Shown here: one piece after another, positions 8,583-20,300 of the stretch
Position numbering within the stretch: the first letter of the stretch is position 1
Layout of the letters: each line of letters starts with the position of its first letter
Origin: Calditrichaceae bacterium
Lineage (GTDB): Bacteria; Calditrichota; Calditrichia; Calditrichales; JBFXGD01
Direction of reading: 5' to 3'
DNA length: 44,042 nt
Assembly: GCA_050178385.1 (NCBI GenBank)
Contig: JBFXGD010000011.1
Span: 1-44,042, forward strand
Translations under genes and position numbers: made by a program
The notes under the pieces: generated by a model
Told to the model about the DNA's origin: nothing
The model's database searches: none
The model's input: only the letters and a program-made list of their open reading frames with translations

Positions 8583-10127
8583 ATGACAAACGCGAAGATA
8601 AGACTGAAGGATTTCCCTTCGACATTCTGGGTTGCCAACACCATGGAAATTTTTGAGAGAATGGCATGGTATGGATTCTTTGCTGTTTCATCACTATATA
8701 TTACCGGAAACGTCGGTGATGGTGGTCTTGGATTTAGTGATGAAGACCGTGGAGTCCTCCAGGGTGTGGTAACTTTCTTTCTGTATCTGTTCCCTGTGGT
8801 GACAGGAGCGCTGGCTGACCGTTACGGCTTCAGAAAGATGCTCTTCTCGGCATTTGTCATATTGGTTCCATCTTACTACTTTCTTGGATATTTTAAAACT
8901 TTCCCGACATTCTTTTTAGCTTTTATGTTTGTGGCGCTCGGGGCGGCCATGTTTAAACCGGTGATCATCGGAACCGTTTCAAAGACAACCAGTCCGAGAA
9001 CTTCATCTCTCGGATTTGGGATATTCTATATGATGGTGAATATAGGCGGATTTATCGGACCCATTGTTGCCGGAATCGTTCGCGGATGGGCCTGGAAGTG
9101 GGTATTTATCGCCTCGGCAGGATGGATTGCGGTCAATTTTATATTTGTCACCATATTCTATAAAGAACCAACCGAGGAAAGTACCTCCGCCAATCCCAGA
9201 TCTCTCAAAAAGGTAATGACAGATATGGTGGAAGTTCTTGGAAACGGAAGATTTTTTCTGTTTGTCTTTGTGCTCCTCACAGTACTTGTTATCGGCTCCA
9301 AATATACGGCAAGCGGATTTATTAGCTGGACACAGATTGTATTAATTTCACTTGTTTGGTTTATAATAAATTTTTTATACGATCTGATCCTGAAAAAATC
9401 TTTGAAAAAAACAAATGCACCCTGGTATAGCAGTCCTATGAAACTGGGCGACTGGCGATTTGGCTTGTTTTTACTGCTCATGTCCGGATTCTGGACATCT
9501 TTTAATCAAATATTTTACACACTGCCTTTGTATATCAGAGATTTTGTTGATACAACCGACCTTATGAATTTTTCCGTTTCAGCGCTAAGCTTTTTCGGGC
9601 TGAATGATTTTATCAATAATTTTCAGGGTTCGATGGCTATAAACGGACAGATCAATCCAGAATATATTATTAATTTGAATGCCGGGGCGATTATTATTTT
9701 CCAGGTGCTGGTATCGACACTTGTTTCCAGGTTAAAACCGTTTACGACGATTTTCTGGGGGGTTCTGATAACCTTTGTAAGTTTTTCAATCATGGTTTTT
9801 GGGAATATAGGATGGATAGTGGTGGCCGGTATTTTTGTCTTTTCGTTTGGTGAAATGATGGCAAGCCCCAAATCAAAAGAGTACACCGGTGCCATTGCGC
9901 CCCCGAATAAAGTCGCGCTTTACATGGGTTATTTTTACTGGTGTGTAGCGCTCGGGAATCTTTTCGGTGGTATATTATCCGGTCAGTTATATGCGGCATT
10001 CGCCCGCGATATGCAGAGGCCGGATCTCATGTGGCTTGTTTTCGCTCTGATTGCATTGGGAACCGCGTTTTTGATTTTTGTTTATGACAGGCTTGTGATT
10101 AAAAAAATAAAATTTGAGCGCGAATAA
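8583..10127 (+). CDS. MFS transporter, POT/PTR-like peptide transporter family
   Basis: N-terminal ExxER motif (MEIFERMAWYG), GALADRYGFRK (MFS motif A), GFGIFYMMVNIGGFIGP, FSFGEMMASP, many TM helices. Confidence 0.85.
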   Translation: MTNAKIRLKDFPSTFWVANTMEIFERMAWYGFFAVSSLYITGNVGDGGLGFSDEDRGVLQGVVTFFLYLFPVVTGALADRYGFRKMLFSAFVILVPSYYFLGYFKTFPTFFLAFMFVALGAAMFKPVIIGTVSKTTSPRTSSLGFGIFYMMVNIGGFIGPIVAGIVRGWAWKWVFIASAGWIAVNFIFVTIFYKEPTEESTSANPRSLKKVMTDMVEVLGNGRFFLFVFVLLTVLVIGSKYTASGFISWTQIVLISLVWFIINFLYDLILKKSLKKTNAPWYSSPMKLGDWRFGLFLLLMSGFWTSFNQIFYTLPLYIRDFVDTTDLMNFSVSALSFFGLNDFINNFQGSMAINGQINPEYIINLNAGAIIIFQVLVSTLVSRLKPFTTIFWGVLITFVSFSIMVFGNIGWIVVAGIFVFSFGEMMASPKSKEYTGAIAPPNKVALYMGYFYWCVALGNLFGGILSGQLYAAFARDMQRPDLMWLVFALIALGTAFLIFVYDRLVIKKIKFERE

Positions 10128-10128
10128 T

Positions 10129-10590
10129 ATGTTGAGTCATCCGCAAGTCGTCCATTTCCCAATTGCGCTTTTTTTGACGGCGGTACTAGCTGAACTATTC
10201 TCGCTATTCTGGCAGAAATCTTTTTTCTCCAAAGTTAGTTTACTATTACTGATACTTGGAAGCGTGACAGCTTTCATGGCAGTAATTACAGGAGAAGCAG
10301 CGGCAGAGACAGCCCGACAGATTAACGGGATCGAAACGCTGCTGCAGGCGCATCAGAATGCGGGAGAGATGGCCGCCTGGTATTTTCTTGTTCTGACGAT
10401 TATTAAAACAGGCCTTCTAATGTTCGGAAAAGATATTCTCCCTTGGAGACTGATTGTATCAATTGGTTTAATAATCGGCGCTGTTTTAATATACCGGACC
10501 GGTCTGTTTGGTGGTCAACTTGTCTATGAAAAAGGGGCAGGAGTGAAGCCGGTCATGGAAAAACACTTGAATAGCGATGCAACTTTTTAG
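10129..10590 (+). CDS. DUF2231-like membrane protein
   Basis: HPQVVHFPIAL, TGEAA, later His, TGLFGGQLVYEKGAGV, four TM segments. ATG at 10129 is preferred over TTG at 10114. Confidence 0.75.
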   Translation: MLSHPQVVHFPIALFLTAVLAELFSLFWQKSFFSKVSLLLLILGSVTAFMAVITGEAAAETARQINGIETLLQAHQNAGEMAAWYFLVLTIIKTGLLMFGKDILPWRLIVSIGLIIGAVLIYRTGLFGGQLVYEKGAGVKPVMEKHLNSDATF

Positions 10591-10666
10591 TGTTTTGAAG
10601 TCTAAATTGATGTTAACAATGAATGTAAAGATAATGTATTGAGATAAAAACCCGGGATTGACCTAA

Positions 10667-11545
10667 ATGAAGACAGATTTTAATTGTATCCCCTGTATTT
10701 TGCAGCAGACAATCGAGACGGTGCAGATCGCCTCAGAAGATCATGAAGTAAGACAGCAGACCATTAATGAAGTACTTAAATATTTACAGAAAATTAATTA
10801 TTCTGATCCGCCCCCCCTTTTGGGAAAACATATTTCTGATCTCATCTATAAGGTTACCGGCAATAACGATCCGTATAGGGAAATAAAACATAAAATTAAT
10901 CATCTTGCGCTGTCATTCTATGATGATTTGAGGAAAATTGTATTTCAGAATCCGGATCCCATATTAACGGCGGCAAAACTGGCGGTAGCGGGAAATATTA
11001 TTGATTTTGCCGATAATGATGATGAAATACATTTACGCCGGATCATCGAGCAGATACATGATCTGAATTTTGAAATCAACCATATTGATAAATTTATAAA
11101 AGATATTCTGAAATCAAAGAAAGTTCTCTACCTTGCCGACAATGCCGGTGAAATTGTATTTGACCGGCTTTTTATAGAAATGCTGCAAAGATATTACCCG
11201 GAGCGCTCCTTGAAGTTTACGGTGATTGTACGTGGGGCGCCGATAATTAATGACGCGACGCTTGAAGACGCAAAAATGGTTGGACTGGACAAGATCGCGA
11301 AAGTTATCGACAATGGAGATTACGCGCCTGCGATGGTTTTAAGCGATATTTCAAAACAGGCGCGTGTTGAATACGAGAATGCGGATATCGTCATTTCAAA
11401 AGGGCAGGGAAATTATGAAACGCTTGACACGGAGCCGCGCCTGATTTACTATTTGCTTAAAATAAAATGTCCGGTGATTTCAAATGTGATCAAAGCGCAA
11501 ATCGGAAATCTTGTATTTAAACGTAATGAAAATTACAAAGATTAA
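10667..11545 (+). CDS. Damage-control phosphatase, DUF89/ARMT1-like family
   Basis: CIPC, DPY, AGNIID, ADNAGEIVFD, INDAT, SKGQGNYETL, KCPVI. Confidence 0.9.
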   Translation: MKTDFNCIPCILQQTIETVQIASEDHEVRQQTINEVLKYLQKINYSDPPPLLGKHISDLIYKVTGNNDPYREIKHKINHLALSFYDDLRKIVFQNPDPILTAAKLAVAGNIIDFADNDDEIHLRRIIEQIHDLNFEINHIDKFIKDILKSKKVLYLADNAGEIVFDRLFIEMLQRYYPERSLKFTVIVRGAPIINDATLEDAKMVGLDKIAKVIDNGDYAPAMVLSDISKQARVEYENADIVISKGQGNYETLDTEPRLIYYLLKIKCPVISNVIKAQIGNLVFKRNENYKD

Positions 11546-11570
11546 TATTTAAATTGTCCGGAATAGCTGA

Positions 11571-11990
11571 TTATTCACCGATGATTTTAACCAGAACTCG
11601 TTTCCGTCTTCTGCCGTCGAACTCAGCGTAAAAAATTTGCTCCCAGGGGCCAAAATCAAGCCGTCCGTCAGTAACAGCCACAACAACCTCGCGGCCCATT
11701 ATCTGCCTTTTAAGATGTGCGTCACCATTATCTTCTCCGGTATTATTATGTCGGTAGTGGGATATGGGCTCATGAGGCGCAAGTTTTTCCAGCCAGTCGT
11801 CATAATCTTGAATCAGACCGCTTTCAGCGTCATTTATATAAACGCTGGCGGTAATATGCATCGCGTTCACCAGACAGAGTCCATCACTTATTCCCGAGTC
11901 GATGACGCATTTCTCAATATCCCGGGTGATATTGATATAATCCCTGCGGGAAGAAGTATTAAACCAAAGTTCTTTACGAAAAGATTTCAT
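11571..11990 (-). CDS. yjbQ: YjbQ / UPF0047 family protein
   Basis: [39 protein letters not shown]. Confidence 0.92.
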   Translation of the reverse strand: MKSFRKELWFNTSSRRDYINITRDIEKCVIDSGISDGLCLVNAMHITASVYINDAESGLIQDYDDWLEKLAPHEPISHYRHNNTGEDNGDAHLKRQIMGREVVVAVTDGRLDFGPWEQIFYAEFDGRRRKRVLVKIIGE

Positions 11991-12206
11991 TCTTTCTCCT
12001 TAATTCGTCTAAAAAATATCAGAAGTTCTTATATTCTGTTTAATTTTTCTTTACAACCAATTAAAATCTGCCTGGATTATGGAATTTATTCTTCAAAAAT
12101 ATTTCAAAAAATTAATAGTTATCGGAAATTAACTGCGAAAATTCTACGTTAGTCGATGTAAATATGAATAAATATAAGAAAAATCTAAAATGATTAATAA
12201 AAAATG

Positions 12207-12235
12207 TTGCTTAGTTAGATTTGACTGCTTAGATT
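12207..12235 (+). promoter_or_regulatory. Candidate sigma70 promoter for HU gene
   Basis: TTGCTT-N17-TAGATT in the AT-rich region upstream of hup; other partial matches exist nearby. Confidence 0.35.
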
Positions 12236-12392
12236 TTAGCATATTTTTTTCCAAAGTGTGCTGGGTAAATGATATAAGCCGCTAAAATAAAGATTTTTAC
12301 TTGATTTTAAATTTTATAATATTGATATTTAACTTTAATTCTTAATAAATCTGAGGCAACTTTCAATTAGTTTCATTTAGGAGGTATTATTC

Positions 12393-12665
12393 ATGACTAA
12401 ACAAGAACTGGTTTCCAAAATGGCAGCAGAAGCAGGTATTTCTAAAAAAGCTGCTGAAGATGCACTTGGCTCATTTCTGAATGCAGTAAAGAAAAGTCTG
12501 AAAAAAGATGAAAACGTTAGTTTAATCGGATTTGGTACTTTCAGCGTTTCTAAAAGAAATGCACGTAAAGGCCGTAATCCTCAGACAGGTGCTGTAATCA
12601 ATATTCCTGCCCGGAAAGTTCCTACATTTAAAGCAGGCAAAGGCTTAAAAGACGCTCTTAAATAG
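12393..12665 (+). CDS. hup: DNA-binding protein HU
   Basis: MTKQELV, LIGFGTFSV, RKGRNPQTG, IPARKVPTFKAGKGLKD. AGGAGG RBS at 12379-12384. Confidence 0.97.
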   Translation: MTKQELVSKMAAEAGISKKAAEDALGSFLNAVKKSLKKDENVSLIGFGTFSVSKRNARKGRNPQTGAVINIPARKVPTFKAGKGLKDALK

Positions 12666-12676
12666 AATCGTTAGCA

Positions 12677-12714
12677 AAAGGCGAAAAACATAGTTTTTCG
12701 CCTTTGTTTTTTTT
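12677..12714 (+). terminator. Intrinsic terminator after hup
   Basis: Perfect 13-bp stem AAAGGCGAAAAAC / GTTTTTCGCCTTT with loop ATA, followed by GTTTTTTTT. Confidence 0.85.
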
Positions 12715-12828
12715 ATCCGCCGCGATGTCGTCACTACGATCCTTAGATTGCGGCTCTACGGGTTTATCCAATTCTCATGCAGGGATTTTTGATAAGGAGT
12801 TCCCGTCTGAATTGTTTAAGGGAATCGA

Positions 12829-14328
12829 ATGCGCCTCTTCAATTCTGTTTTTTTGTTTCTTTCAATCATGTTTCTTCTTTCCGGATGTCACCGTTCTCCT
12901 GTACACAAAGATTATCACCAAAGATCAGAATCATTGCAATGGCAGATTGACTATTTGCTTTCCGCTCCGGCAATATCTGATGCCCAAATCGGCGTTTATA
13001 TCGAATCTCTCGAAAACGGTAAAGTCGTTTATCATCGTAATGAACACAAGTTATTTATTCCCGCATCAAATATAAAATTATACACCACTGCCGCTGCGCT
13101 TGCCAATCTGTCGACGGAATACCGTTTCAGAACGGAGTTTTACACCAACGGTCTGATCAGAGACGGTCATCTTGAAGGCGATCTGAAAATAAAGGGCTAT
13201 GGTGATCCTACCATTTCCGGTAAATTTTATGATAAAGATATATTTACTGTGTTCAGATTATGGGCTGACTCACTAAAGAATATAGGTATTCATTATATCG
13301 ATGGCGATATAGTAGGGGATGATTCTTATTTCTCTGATGATTTTCTTGGAAAGGGATGGAACTGGGATGATGAGTCCTTTAGGTATGCCGCGCAGACGGG
13401 CGCGCTGTCTCTAAACGATAATTGTGTCGATATATCAGTCTCGCCTGGTGACTCCGTTTTACATCCGGTAAAAATCAGTGTTGTCCCGGATCCGGAATAT
13501 GTTAAAATTATAAACAGGGCGGAAACTATTTCACTTGATTCTTTATCCAGCCTGAAAATAGTCCGTAAGAGAGCGGAGAACATTATAGTTATTAGCGGCG
13601 GGCTCCCGATGGGAGGTAAAGAGGTTAAGCAATCGGTTACTGTTGAACAGACGGCTTCATATTTTCTGCACGCATTTTCAAAGATTCTTAATGAAAAGAA
13701 AATTTTATACAGCGGGAATATCAAGACCCAAGTACCGGGGGTAACGGATGGACATTCGCTCTTATTTAAATATGAATCTCCTCCATTGCCGGAGATCATA
13801 AATGAAATTAATAAAAACAGCAATAATTTTTATGCGGAACAACTGCTAAGAGTGATGGGGGCGGAATTCAGAAAGAAAGGTTCCGCGGGGATGGGTATTG
13901 ATTTTGTAAATGAGTGGGCGACGAGTGTCGGAATTGATCCAGATGATATACTAATCTATGACGGCTCGGGACTTTCGAGGCTCAATCTTATCACACCTTA
14001 TGCGACCGCCACCTTGCTGCGCCATATGTATCATGATAAAGATTTTGATTTATTCTATAATTCTCTGCCTGTCGCGGGTGTGGACGGTACTCTGAAGAAC
14101 CGGATGAAAGGAACCGGAGCAGAGGGCAACGCGCGGGCGAAAACAGGATTTGTCTCTCACACACGCAATCTTGCAGGATACATAAATGATTCAGCGGGAA
14201 ATCCGTATCTCTTTGTCATAATGGTCAATAACTATCATGTGCCAACAGCATATGTGAATCTTCTGCAGGATAGGATATGTGTTCTGCTTTGCACTTATCA
14301 TGAAGCTACAACACCACAGAATAAATAG
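12829..14328 (+). CDS. dacB: D-alanyl-D-alanine carboxypeptidase/endopeptidase (PBP4, peptidase S13), predicted lipoprotein
   Basis: Lipobox LSGC, SxxK (ASNIK), GDPT, SxN (SNN), DGSGLSR, GVDGTLKNR, KTG. Confidence 0.93.
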   Translation: MRLFNSVFLFLSIMFLLSGCHRSPVHKDYHQRSESLQWQIDYLLSAPAISDAQIGVYIESLENGKVVYHRNEHKLFIPASNIKLYTTAAALANLSTEYRFRTEFYTNGLIRDGHLEGDLKIKGYGDPTISGKFYDKDIFTVFRLWADSLKNIGIHYIDGDIVGDDSYFSDDFLGKGWNWDDESFRYAAQTGALSLNDNCVDISVSPGDSVLHPVKISVVPDPEYVKIINRAETISLDSLSSLKIVRKRAENIIVISGGLPMGGKEVKQSVTVEQTASYFLHAFSKILNEKKILYSGNIKTQVPGVTDGHSLLFKYESPPLPEIINEINKNSNNFYAEQLLRVMGAEFRKKGSAGMGIDFVNEWATSVGIDPDDILIYDGSGLSRLNLITPYATATLLRHMYHDKDFDLFYNSLPVAGVDGTLKNRMKGTGAEGNARAKTGFVSHTRNLAGYINDSAGNPYLFVIMVNNYHVPTAYVNLLQDRICVLLCTYHEATTPQNK

Positions 14329-14376
14329 TCCGGATAGATCTTAAAAAGATCCGGATCGAATCGTATTTTAAAAATT

Positions 14377-16653
14377 TCAATTATCAAGAATATATCTGAT
14401 TTTTTTTGCCAGCAGGGGAATTGAATAGGGCTTATGTATAAAATTGATGCCTTTTTTCAGCACTCCGCCGTCATCAATATTTTGATCTGTATATCCCGAG
14501 GCAAATAAAATTTTAAGGTCAGGTTTTATTTTTGCTAATACTTCAGCCAATTCTTTGCCGCCCATTCTCGGCATCACCATGTCGCTTACAACAATATCGA
14601 ATGCCGATTTTGTTGATTTAATAATATCCAGCGCTTCAAGACCGTTGGCGGCTTCGATGACGGTGTAACCCATTGAAATCAAAGCTTCTTTGCCAAAGTT
14701 TCTGACTGCTTCATCATCCTCGACCAACAGGATCGTTTCATTGCCCCCGGTTATCTGCCCGTCCTCATCATCATCAACACTTTCACCGCCGATATATTCT
14801 GAATTAGGCCAGTATATTTTAAAAGTAGTTCCCTTACCGGGTTCGCTTTGTACTATGACGCTTCCGTTGTTCTGTTTTACAATTCCATAGACAGAAGCAA
14901 GGCCAAGACCGGTGCCTTCCCCATGTTTTTTTGTCGTGAAAAACGGTTCAAAAATTTTAGTTATTGTTTCTTCATCCATGCCAACGCCGGAATCATTAAT
15001 GGAGATGCATACATGCGTGCCCTCTTTTGCACCGGGATGTCTGGAAATATATTTTTCATTAAGATAAATCCTCTCTGTCTCTATAGTAATACTTTTGATA
15101 CCGGATATGTGCTCTTTGTTTTTTATGGCGTCTCTGGCATTTACCACCAAATTAATCAATATCTGCTCTAACTGCGTCCGGTCCGCCATTATCCAGCCAA
15201 CCTGTTCTGTCAGATAGATTTTGAGAATAATATCTTCACCAATCAATCTTTTTAGCATCTTTTCAAGATCTGAAATCAGTTTATTGACATCCAAAATTTC
15301 AGGCTCGATAATTTGTTTTCTGCTGAACGCCAGTAACTGCTGAACAAGATTCGCTGCTCTTTTTCCGGCTTCGGATATTTCGCCAAGAATTCTGTATAGC
15401 GGATTATCTTTTTGAGTTTGCATCAAAGCCAATTGAGCATACCCTTTGATGACACTCAAAATATTATTAAAATCATGGGAAATCCCTGCCGCAAGCGCAC
15501 CGATAGCTTCCATTTTTTGCGACTGTATGAGTTGTTCTTCAAGCATTTTTTTCTCAGTGCTGTCTCTGAGTATACCAAGAATAGCTGTTTTATGATCCCA
15601 TTCAAACGAGGAGATACTGACTTCGGCAATGTGAGTTTTTCCGTCTTTGGAACAGGCTTTTAATTCAAATTGATCGGGCAAAATGAGGCCAGAAGAAATC
15701 TTTTTGTGTATATCGTGAATAATATTGTGAGATTCAGGCGCTATAAAGTCGATTATATTAACTTTCGAGCCGGTAATTTCCTTTTCTGAATACCCAAACA
15801 TTTTTTCAAATTTTGGGTTAGCCAGGATAAAATGATTATCCTGGATAACAACGATAGCGTCGTTTGATTTTTCGATAATCTGCCGGAACCGGAATTCACT
15901 CTGCTTTAATGCGATGATTGCTTGTTTACGTCTTGTGATATCTCTGAGGGAAACGAGTCTGGCCGGTTTTTCATCCCATTCAATTTCAGCCACACGCATT
16001 TCACCGAATATTTTTTCCTTGTTTTTATGAGTTATTTCAATTTCATTTTTTTGATTGGAGACTGTTGAAAAATCAAAGGTTGTTCCGGTTAATTCCCTGG
16101 AATCTTTGCCCAAAAGGGTTTCAGCCACCGGATTTATGAACCGTATATTGCTGTCTTCATCCACGATTATGATGCCGTCGGCGTTCTGATGAATGATGGT
16201 CTGCAGTCGCGCTTCACTGCTTTGAAGTCTCATTGTTTCCTGTTTTAACCTCGCCTGCCAGCGGAATCGTTCAATAGCGTATCGTATAACGCGTGAGAGC
16301 ATGCTGGTATTTATCTGACTTTTAAGCAAATAATCCTGGGCGCCTTCCTGCAGTGTCTTGAGCGCGAATTTTTTATCTTCGAATCCGGTCAAAACCACGA
16401 CAGGGATATTCTGAGCGTGTTTGTGAATTTTTATAAAAGTTTCAAGACCCTGACTGTCCGGAAGTGACAGGTCCAGGAGGACAATATCATATTCATGACC
16501 CGCAAGTTTTTCGATTCCTGAAGAAAGATCCTCCGCGAATTCAATCTCAAAAGTCGTTTCCTCGGCAAATTTTAGCAATTCGTGTATGAGTCTGGCATCC
16601 CCGGGATTGTCTTCTATCAGCAGAATCTTTACTGATAAATTAATGTCGTGCAT
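14377..16653 (-). CDS. Hybrid histidine kinase REC-PAS-PAS-HisKA-HATPase-REC (CckA-like)
   Basis: N-terminal REC (IEDN...LLDLSLPD), two PAS domains, QKMEAIGALAAGISHDFNN, NLVVNARDA, DSGVGM, GTGLGL, C-terminal REC (VEDD...SDMVMP...KP). Confidence 0.92.
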   Translation of the reverse strand: MHDINLSVKILLIEDNPGDARLIHELLKFAEETTFEIEFAEDLSSGIEKLAGHEYDIVLLDLSLPDSQGLETFIKIHKHAQNIPVVVLTGFEDKKFALKTLQEGAQDYLLKSQINTSMLSRVIRYAIERFRWQARLKQETMRLQSSEARLQTIIHQNADGIIIVDEDSNIRFINPVAETLLGKDSRELTGTTFDFSTVSNQKNEIEITHKNKEKIFGEMRVAEIEWDEKPARLVSLRDITRRKQAIIALKQSEFRFRQIIEKSNDAIVVIQDNHFILANPKFEKMFGYSEKEITGSKVNIIDFIAPESHNIIHDIHKKISSGLILPDQFELKACSKDGKTHIAEVSISSFEWDHKTAILGILRDSTEKKMLEEQLIQSQKMEAIGALAAGISHDFNNILSVIKGYAQLALMQTQKDNPLYRILGEISEAGKRAANLVQQLLAFSRKQIIEPEILDVNKLISDLEKMLKRLIGEDIILKIYLTEQVGWIMADRTQLEQILINLVVNARDAIKNKEHISGIKSITIETERIYLNEKYISRHPGAKEGTHVCISINDSGVGMDEETITKIFEPFFTTKKHGEGTGLGLASVYGIVKQNNGSVIVQSEPGKGTTFKIYWPNSEYIGGESVDDDEDGQITGGNETILLVEDDEAVRNFGKEALISMGYTVIEAANGLEALDIIKSTKSAFDIVVSDMVMPRMGGKELAEVLAKIKPDLKILFASGYTDQNIDDGGVLKKGINFIHKPYSIPLLAKKIRYILDN

Positions 16654-16734
16654 ATCAATTTCCTATTGGTATGGTAAAGCTTCCAAAATTCGAAAGAGTT
16701 CAATGAGTGATCAGTTTTGTTCATTTTTAAATCA

Positions 16735-17184
16735 CTAATAACCTGATGGCAGTTTAACAATACTCAACCAAAAATCCTCAATAGTTCGGACAACTTTTAT
16801 AAACTGTTCCAGATCAACCGGCTTTGTTATATAGCAATTCGCATGCAGTGAATAGGTTTTTATAATATCCTGCTCAGCGCTTGATGTGGTCAATATGACG
16901 ACAGGGATATGTTTTAATGAAGGATGATTTTTAATTTCATCCAGTACCTCTCGGCCGTCCTTTTTTGGTAAATTCAAATCAAGGAGTATAAGATCCGGTC
17001 TGGGAGCGCTGATAAACTTGCCCCTGTTAAACAAAAAATCCAGAGCTTCCACCCCGTCTTCGGCTACATGCAGGTTATTGTGAACTTTGCCTTCTTTTAA
17101 CGCTTCCTGAGTCAGGCGAATATCGCCTGGATTATCTTCAACCAGCAAAATTTCAACCGTTGATCCATCTTTTTTTCCATACAT
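16735..17184 (-). CDS. Single-domain response regulator, Rcp1-like
   Basis: [44 protein letters not shown]-terminal FWLSIVKLP typical of Rcp regulators. Confidence 0.92.
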   Translation of the reverse strand: MYGKKDGSTVEILLVEDNPGDIRLTQEALKEGKVHNNLHVAEDGVEALDFLFNRGKFISAPRPDLILLDLNLPKKDGREVLDEIKNHPSLKHIPVVILTTSSAEQDIIKTYSLHANCYITKPVDLEQFIKVVRTIEDFWLSIVKLPSGY

Positions 17185-17302
17185 CTGATATTTTCCTTTG
17201 TCAATTTATAATAATTACATTTTTCCTTCTGAATACTGAAGGGTTAATCTGTCGATGTTAATCTTTTTCCACTCCCGTTTTCAAACCGATAAATTATAAT
17301 GA

Positions 17303-20300
17303 TCAGAGATTTGAAGGGATGGTAAAGTAAAACGTTGTCCCGCCCTCATTTTTTGAATCTAACCAAATACGCCCGCCGTGCCGTTCGACAATTTTTTTAC
17401 ATACAGCCAATCCGATACCCGTGCCGCTATAATTCTTAATACTGTGTAATCGCTGAAATATTACAAAAATTCTTTCATGATATTCCCGCGCTATTCCGAT
17501 CCCATTGTCGGTTATTGTAAAGATCCACGAACTCCCGCTTTGAGTTGCTTCGATTTTTATTTTTGGATTTGCATTACCCCTGAATTTTATGGCATTGTCG
17601 ATCATATTCTGAAACAGACGTGTAATCTGGCTGAAATCGGCCATCAGGATTGGCAGGTTTTCATACTCAATTACAGCATGAGTTTCTTCAATCTTCTTCT
17701 GCAAATTGAGTAACGCGCGATCCACAGCATCATGAAAATCGGTAGGTCCAAAAGGATTGCCGCGCGTACCGACTCTTGAATAGGCGAGAAGATCGTTGAT
17801 AAGAGATTTCATACGCGTGGCGCCGTCAACCGCATAGGAAATAAATACGCGCGCGTCCTCATCAAGGCTGTCTTTATATCTTTTCTCAAGTAATTGCAAA
17901 TAACTCGCGACCATTCTCAAAGGTTCCTGGAGATCATGGGAAGCCACATAAGCGAATTGTTCAAGTTCATCGTTTGATCTTTTTAATTCGGATAAGGTTT
18001 TCTTTTGTTCATCTTCTGCATTCTTGCGTTCCGTGATATCATAACCGAAAACGGCCAGTCTATTAACTTCTCCTGCTGAATTAAATACGGGATAAATTGA
18101 AATGTTTATTAACCTGCCGGAAATAGTTTGTTCAAACCGGTAAGGTATACCCTTGTATATAACTCCGTTAAAGTGTTCTTTTATTATTCCTCTCATATCA
18201 TTTAGGATGAAATCAAAAATACATTTTCCTGCCATTTCTTCAGGCGTTTTGGAGAGTCGTTGTGCAAAGGTATTGTTGATTGCAAGAATTGTCCCGTCCG
18301 TTTTTATTAAAATTACCGATTCCGATATAGCGTTGATCATTGAACGCAAAATCTCTTCTCTGTCCCTGAGAAGCACATTCGCGTCCAGCACTGCTCCGGT
18401 TCTTTCCCGAACTCGTTCTTCAAGCTCCTTATTGCTTTTTTCAAGCGCAATCTCAATCTGCTTTCTTTCTGTTATATCCTGAACCGTCCCCACCATGCGG
18501 ATCGGCTGATGTTCCGAATCAAAATAAACCTCCGCTTGTTCATGAACAATGCGGATCGTTCCATCCGGTCTGATGATCCTGTGATCAATTGCATAATCAT
18601 TTTCTCCTGATAAAGCGGATTTCAATGTTTTTGTCACAAGCTCGCGGTCATCCGGATGTACAAAATTCATAAAGGCAGACGAATTACCTCCAAATTTTTC
18701 CGCTTCGATCCCAAATATCCTGTAAATCTCATAAGACCAATTTAATTTATCCTTACCGATATCCCATTCCCAGTTTCCAAGATGGGCAATTCTCTGGGCT
18801 TCAATAAGCAGAGCCTTGCTTTTTTTTAGAGTTTCTTCGGTATGTTTGTGTTTGGATATATCCCTGATAGCTGCAACACGGACCGTTCTTCCGTTAAAAG
18901 GGATGGGTCGGCCGTGAGTTTCACATACAATTGTCGTCCCGTCTTTTTTCTTGATCAAATGCTCATAAGGTTTCTCATATTGCTTAATAAGATTGTCCCT
19001 GACTAATTCACGATAATCCGGAGCTATAAATTCGAGCGCGTCTTTACCTATTAGTTCGTGGTGTTGATATCCTGATATACGGGTAACCTGTTCGTTTGCA
19101 TCGAGAATTTTACCGTTTTCTGTGAGAAGAACCCCTTCGAATGACGCCTCAGACAACCGCCTGAAACGTTCTTCACTTTCCCGGAGGGCTATTTCGCTGA
19201 GTTTCCTTTCTGTAAAATCCCTTCCCACACCAACGATAGCCACTATATTACCGTTATCATCAAGAACCGTTTTATCTTTCCATGCAATCCATCTCCAGCC
19301 ATGTTTGGTCATCGCTCTTTGTTCCACAAGACATTCATAAGGCGGTTTGTACAAGCTCTCCATAGATTTTATTGTATTCTCTATATCATCCTCATGAAGA
19401 AGGGGAGTAAACTGGTTTCCAAGCAATTCATTTTCCGTTTTACCAAATAATTCGCAATAACTGGGGCTTACATAGAGGAAACGGTTATCTATATCGACTT
19501 CAATAATAAGATCTGTTTGATTTTCAATAAGATGACGGTATTTTTTCTCGCTTTGTTCAAGTGCTATTTCATACTGACGACCTGCTGTTATGTCCTTACC
19601 AATACATGCAATCTCCGTAATTTGAGAATCTGAGTTCGCTATGATGGTACTGCTCCATGTTAAGAGTCTTTTTTTACCTGAGTTTAATAAAATTTCAATT
19701 TCAAATTCAGATTCAGAACCCCCCCGGTCATCCAGTAAATATTTCCTGAACTTTTTTCTTTGTTCTTCCGATGGGAATAGTTCAAAAAAGTCTGTGCCAA
19801 TCAATTCGTTTGTTTTCTTGCCGGACAAATTACAAATAAATTCATTGACGAATGTTAATTTTCCCGTCAGATCAAACATCACAGCCGCAAATTTGATATG
19901 AGTTAAAAATTTTATAAAATTCTTATGTAATTCTAACAATGCACTCTGAGCGCTAACCTGCTCTGTAATATCGCAGCAGCTGATGATAAATTTACCTTCA
20001 CCGCTTTTATCATACAAAAATTTACTTTTAGTCCGCAAAGTACGCCATGTTTTATTCGCAGAGAGGAAACGGTATATCTCGATATTTATTTTACCCGGTG
20101 TCCGTGCAGATTCGGTAAATGTTATCGTTGCAAGAGGCGCGTCGTCGGAATGAATATAATCCAGAAGGTTTTTACTCAACAATTCTTCCTGGTTGTAGCC
20201 CAGCACATCTTTGATGGAAGGGCTTGTAAATATCAGCTTATGGCTGTTATCCAAAATTAATAAAACATCGATAGCGTTCTCGATCAGAATCTGATAATTA

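Noticed and set aside
11637..12152. 171-aa plus-strand ORF
   Set aside because: Antisense shadow of yjbQ running into AT-rich intergenic DNA; no recognisable motifs.
12704..13075. 123-aa ORF overlapping the dacB start
   Set aside because: It starts inside the hup terminator T-run and overlaps dacB out of frame.
14329..14355. TCCGGA...GATCTT-AAA-AAGATCCGGA hairpin between convergent genes
   Set aside because: Bulged stem with no adjacent U-tract, and TCCGGA is frequent throughout the window.
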